Assembly (NCBI RefSeq): GCF_006345805.1
Contig: NC_043001.1
Location: 73,718,001-73,782,000 of the forward strand
Length of the DNA: 64,000 nucleotides
Origin: Octopus sinensis
Lineage: Eukaryota
Direction of reading: 5' to 3'
The translations under genes were made by a program, and so were the position numbers. Within the stretch, counting starts at the first letter, position 1. Each line of letters starts with the position of its first letter. Below, piece after piece: positions 60,865 through 64,000 of the stretch. The notes below the pieces were generated by a model, which saw nothing but the letters and a program-made list of their open reading frames with translations, was not told the DNA's origin and searched no databases.

Positions 60865-62719
60865 CAATGTACACCTGGCTTCTCTCTCAGATTACTGCAA
60901 ATCTTCATTCATTGTCTGTATAATATTACATTTCTGTAGCCTTGCTCTGAGCTCAGGTTAAACAGATCCAGTATATGTAGGTTCTCAGTAAAATACATGA
61001 CAGCAACATACATAAATACATATCTGTCTGTTTACATGCACACACACAAACATACACACATTACAGTTTACACACATACACAAAACACACCCTGCAATAG
61101 CCTGCAAATAGGTCATTTAACCAAATTGAATTGAGAGTGTACTTTAAATGAAGCGCATGTGTTCACTGTTATTGGACAGCCTGTTCATGATGAAGTCAGA
61201 ATAGTTAGTACCCTAGTTGAACAATGTAGTTCAAACTACATTATTACATAGCAACATCTTAGTCTGTTAAACTGGTGGTGAATTGCCAAGTCATTAGTGC
61301 TGGATGAAATGTTTTGAGGTATGAGTTCAAATCGTGCTGAAGTCTTCTCTACCTTTTTATACTTCTGTGGGGCAATAAAGTACTCATCTAGAATGATGGA
61401 CTAACAAGGCTGTAGGTTAAGATACCTTGTAGTATTTCTTTCAGGTCTCTGCATTCTGAGTTCAAATCCCACTGTCTCCTGTTTGGGTAGTAGACTTGCT
61501 ATTTAGCCTGTTTAACACCAACACTGGATTCTTAGGTGCTTTGGTGGAAGAGTTCACTCTGTTGCAAACATTGACAGGTCTTTAATTTGTGTTTACCTTT
61601 CTTTCTCTTACTGGTCTTAGAGGAGTTGAAGAAAGCCATGGATACTGCCCTTCTTTCTGACTGAAAAATGAAATAAACCCTTATTAGCAACAAGAATAGC
61701 TGCTTTCTATGTCTTAATAGTAGAGTTTGAAGAATGTCCTTAACTGGTCTCCTAGTTTTCCTGAGCAGTATTTTCTCTTGTCATGTATACGATTCCTGTT
61801 TTACTTTTCTTGAGTTGATCTAACATCTAAGTCAGAGACAAGGAGATTATTCCTTTTATATAATTAAGATAAATATTTTCTCATTAAGAATGGTCAGTCA
61901 TTCTTCTCTAATGTGTTCATTTATTTATATAGGTTGCAGGTAGGTCAGTCAGTCCAGTTCACATGATGTTCATTAACATATTTCTATGACAGGATATTTG
62001 CAATTGGAGCAGAAACTTATGCTTGGATAAACTAGCACACCTGTTAAACTAAATTCCTTGTTATTACTGTTTCTCATATCAGTACACTTTCTATGCAGAT
62101 AATCTAGCTAATTTCTGTTTTTTGTACCAAAAGTATAGAGTAATATTTTTAGTTATACAGTAGAAGAGGCCATCAAGAGCTAAACATAAAAATTTTGAAT
62201 TCATGATTTCTGACCTGCACAAGTTCAAAAATTTGTAAGGAGGAGATGTCAGTAAAATCTAATTTCAGTACATTACTGGTACTTATTTTTTCTTTCATCG
62301 TTATCCTTTACCTCAAACAAGTACCATAGATGCACAAGGATTAATTCAGTCAGCTGTTTTCCTACTCTAAAAATACGTGCTGATGTTAGAAATCAATTTG
62401 GTAATTTCAACAAAAGATTAATAATTTAGTGCCGTGTAACTTAAGATTTAGTATGAAGAAAATAGCTGTGTAGGATGTAAAGATATTATTAACTTGTTGA
62501 ATGAATAACTTATCTGTTTCATGTCTCTTGTACATTATTGGTATTTTATAAATTCATGTGGGAAGGGATGGAAGGGTGTGTGTGAGAGGTGGATGATGAA
62601 ATATTTTTCCTTCATTTTCCCTCCTGGCTTGTTTTGCTAACTGAAATCAAGCCTATTTTCTTGCTTCATTAGTTTATTGATTAATTTCCATTGAGTCCCC
62701 ATTATAATTGGGGACTTGT

Positions 62720-63155
62720 TTTATGTCTGTTTTTCCATGCTAACATTGGTTTGATGAATGCATATTGTTAAAGCATTGTTTTGCAACCAGATGCCTTTTG
62801 TACCACTAACCCTTACCTGTTTTTCAAGCAAGGGAGTTTTCATTTCACTAGACTTTAAAAGTGCAAAGATGCTGGATAAATTGTCGGCAGAGAAATGACA
62901 ATAGAAAACACCACCATAGCTCAATGATTTAAAAAAAAAATTTCTTTTATGCAATCGCAAACTGTAAGTGCTCCTACAGACACACACACACACATATCAT
63001 GGGCTTTGTATAGATTCTCTATACCAATTTCATTCACAAGGCATAGTTGGTTCAGGGCTATAGTAGAAAATACATGTCCTATAATGCAGTGCATTTGGAC
63101 TGAACCCAAAACCATGTAGTTGTGAAGTAAGCTCCCCAACTACACATCCATGCCT
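62720..63155 (-). mobile_element. RTE-tailed CORE-type SINE, full length
   Basis: TTTTCCATGCTAACATTGG tail, central (CA)n, head (GGACTGAACCC reverse box B) at right. Confidence 0.75.
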
Positions 63156-64000
63156 GTGCTTCAGTTTGATAATTTTATTAGCGACTAAACAGTGAACTCT
63201 ATCCTTTTTAGATAATTAGATAAATATTGTATTAACTCACTGGTGTTATCATTGCAGCTAATTGCAAAAGTTTGCAGCAGTTATTAAATTTGAGCTACAA
63301 TATTACTGACATACAGCCTGCATGCTCAATAAAAATATAGAAAACAGTTGTATCTAAAGTACCACTTTCCCCCTGCCAATGCAATAGTTATGTATTGTCT
63401 AATATCAACTTGAAATCTGAATATGTTAAATAATACATCCTCAGTATCCCAAGTCACATTTAAAGAGCAATTGGTTTGTTCTCTTTGGTATATGATAACA
63501 TTTAGATTTCTTCTAATTTAGACCATTTTTTCTTCATTTTTTTCAGATTAATTAGGTATTTGAAAATTTTTATAAATTACATCCATTTACTAAATCTTAT
63601 TTAACCATTACTTTAGATTAAGTTGGATGTTCTTAGGTCAATAATACAATGAGGAAAATAATGGCTTTCAACTTTAAAATACTCTATCTTCACTTCATAT
63701 TATTCATTTACTGTGCACTGGTGGAATGTCTGATCAAATTTGGTGCCAGATTCTTGACCCATCAAGCACATATCTTCTTTTGCTGAGGTGGAAGATTAAT
63801 TCATTTTTGTCTTGTGTAGACAAACTGGTGGCATTTGTTTGTATTCTTCTGGATTGCAACTGTGAACTTGAAACACCCTTATCTCTTGGCAACAAAGTTT
63901 CATAATGACATAAAATTGCGCATTTCTTGCATAGTAAAAGACTTGTACCATTGATACACAGAATTGGGTATAGTTACTAATATGGGAATCTTGGTCCCTT

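Noticed and set aside
61500-62050. Possible decayed RTE-like LINE (RKTRRPVKDILQT on the minus strand)
   Set aside because: Too degenerate to assign; no diagnostic motif is intact.
63730-63975. Stop-free minus-strand frame of about 76 codons without ATG
   Set aside because: No convincing splice sites or homology; it lies at the window edge.

Overview
AT-rich, strongly CpG-depleted eukaryotic DNA dominated by interspersed repeats and microsatellites. The repeat families look like those of octopus (coleoid cephalopod) genomes; this taxon call is from recall, not a search. Firm calls: two full-length mariner (D34D-type) transposons, one nearly intact and nested in a SINE; a non-autonomous Helitron; TTAA-flanked piggyBac-like MITEs; 3' remnants of two restriction-like-endonuclease LINEs (HERO-like and R4/Dong-like); three Penelope-like fragments with hammerhead-ribozyme-like cores, one forming a long inverted repeat; dozens of tRNA-derived SINEs; and a perfect 423-bp tandem duplication. 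No host protein could be named. Two chains of well-punctuated minus-strand exons (about 5.2-6.4 kb and 47.8-55.8 kb) may encode small uncharacterised proteins. No CRISPR array, rRNA, true tRNA gene or known miRNA was recognised. Most ORFs in the supplied track are microsatellite or SINE read-throughs. SINE boundaries are approximate (about 10-20 bp).
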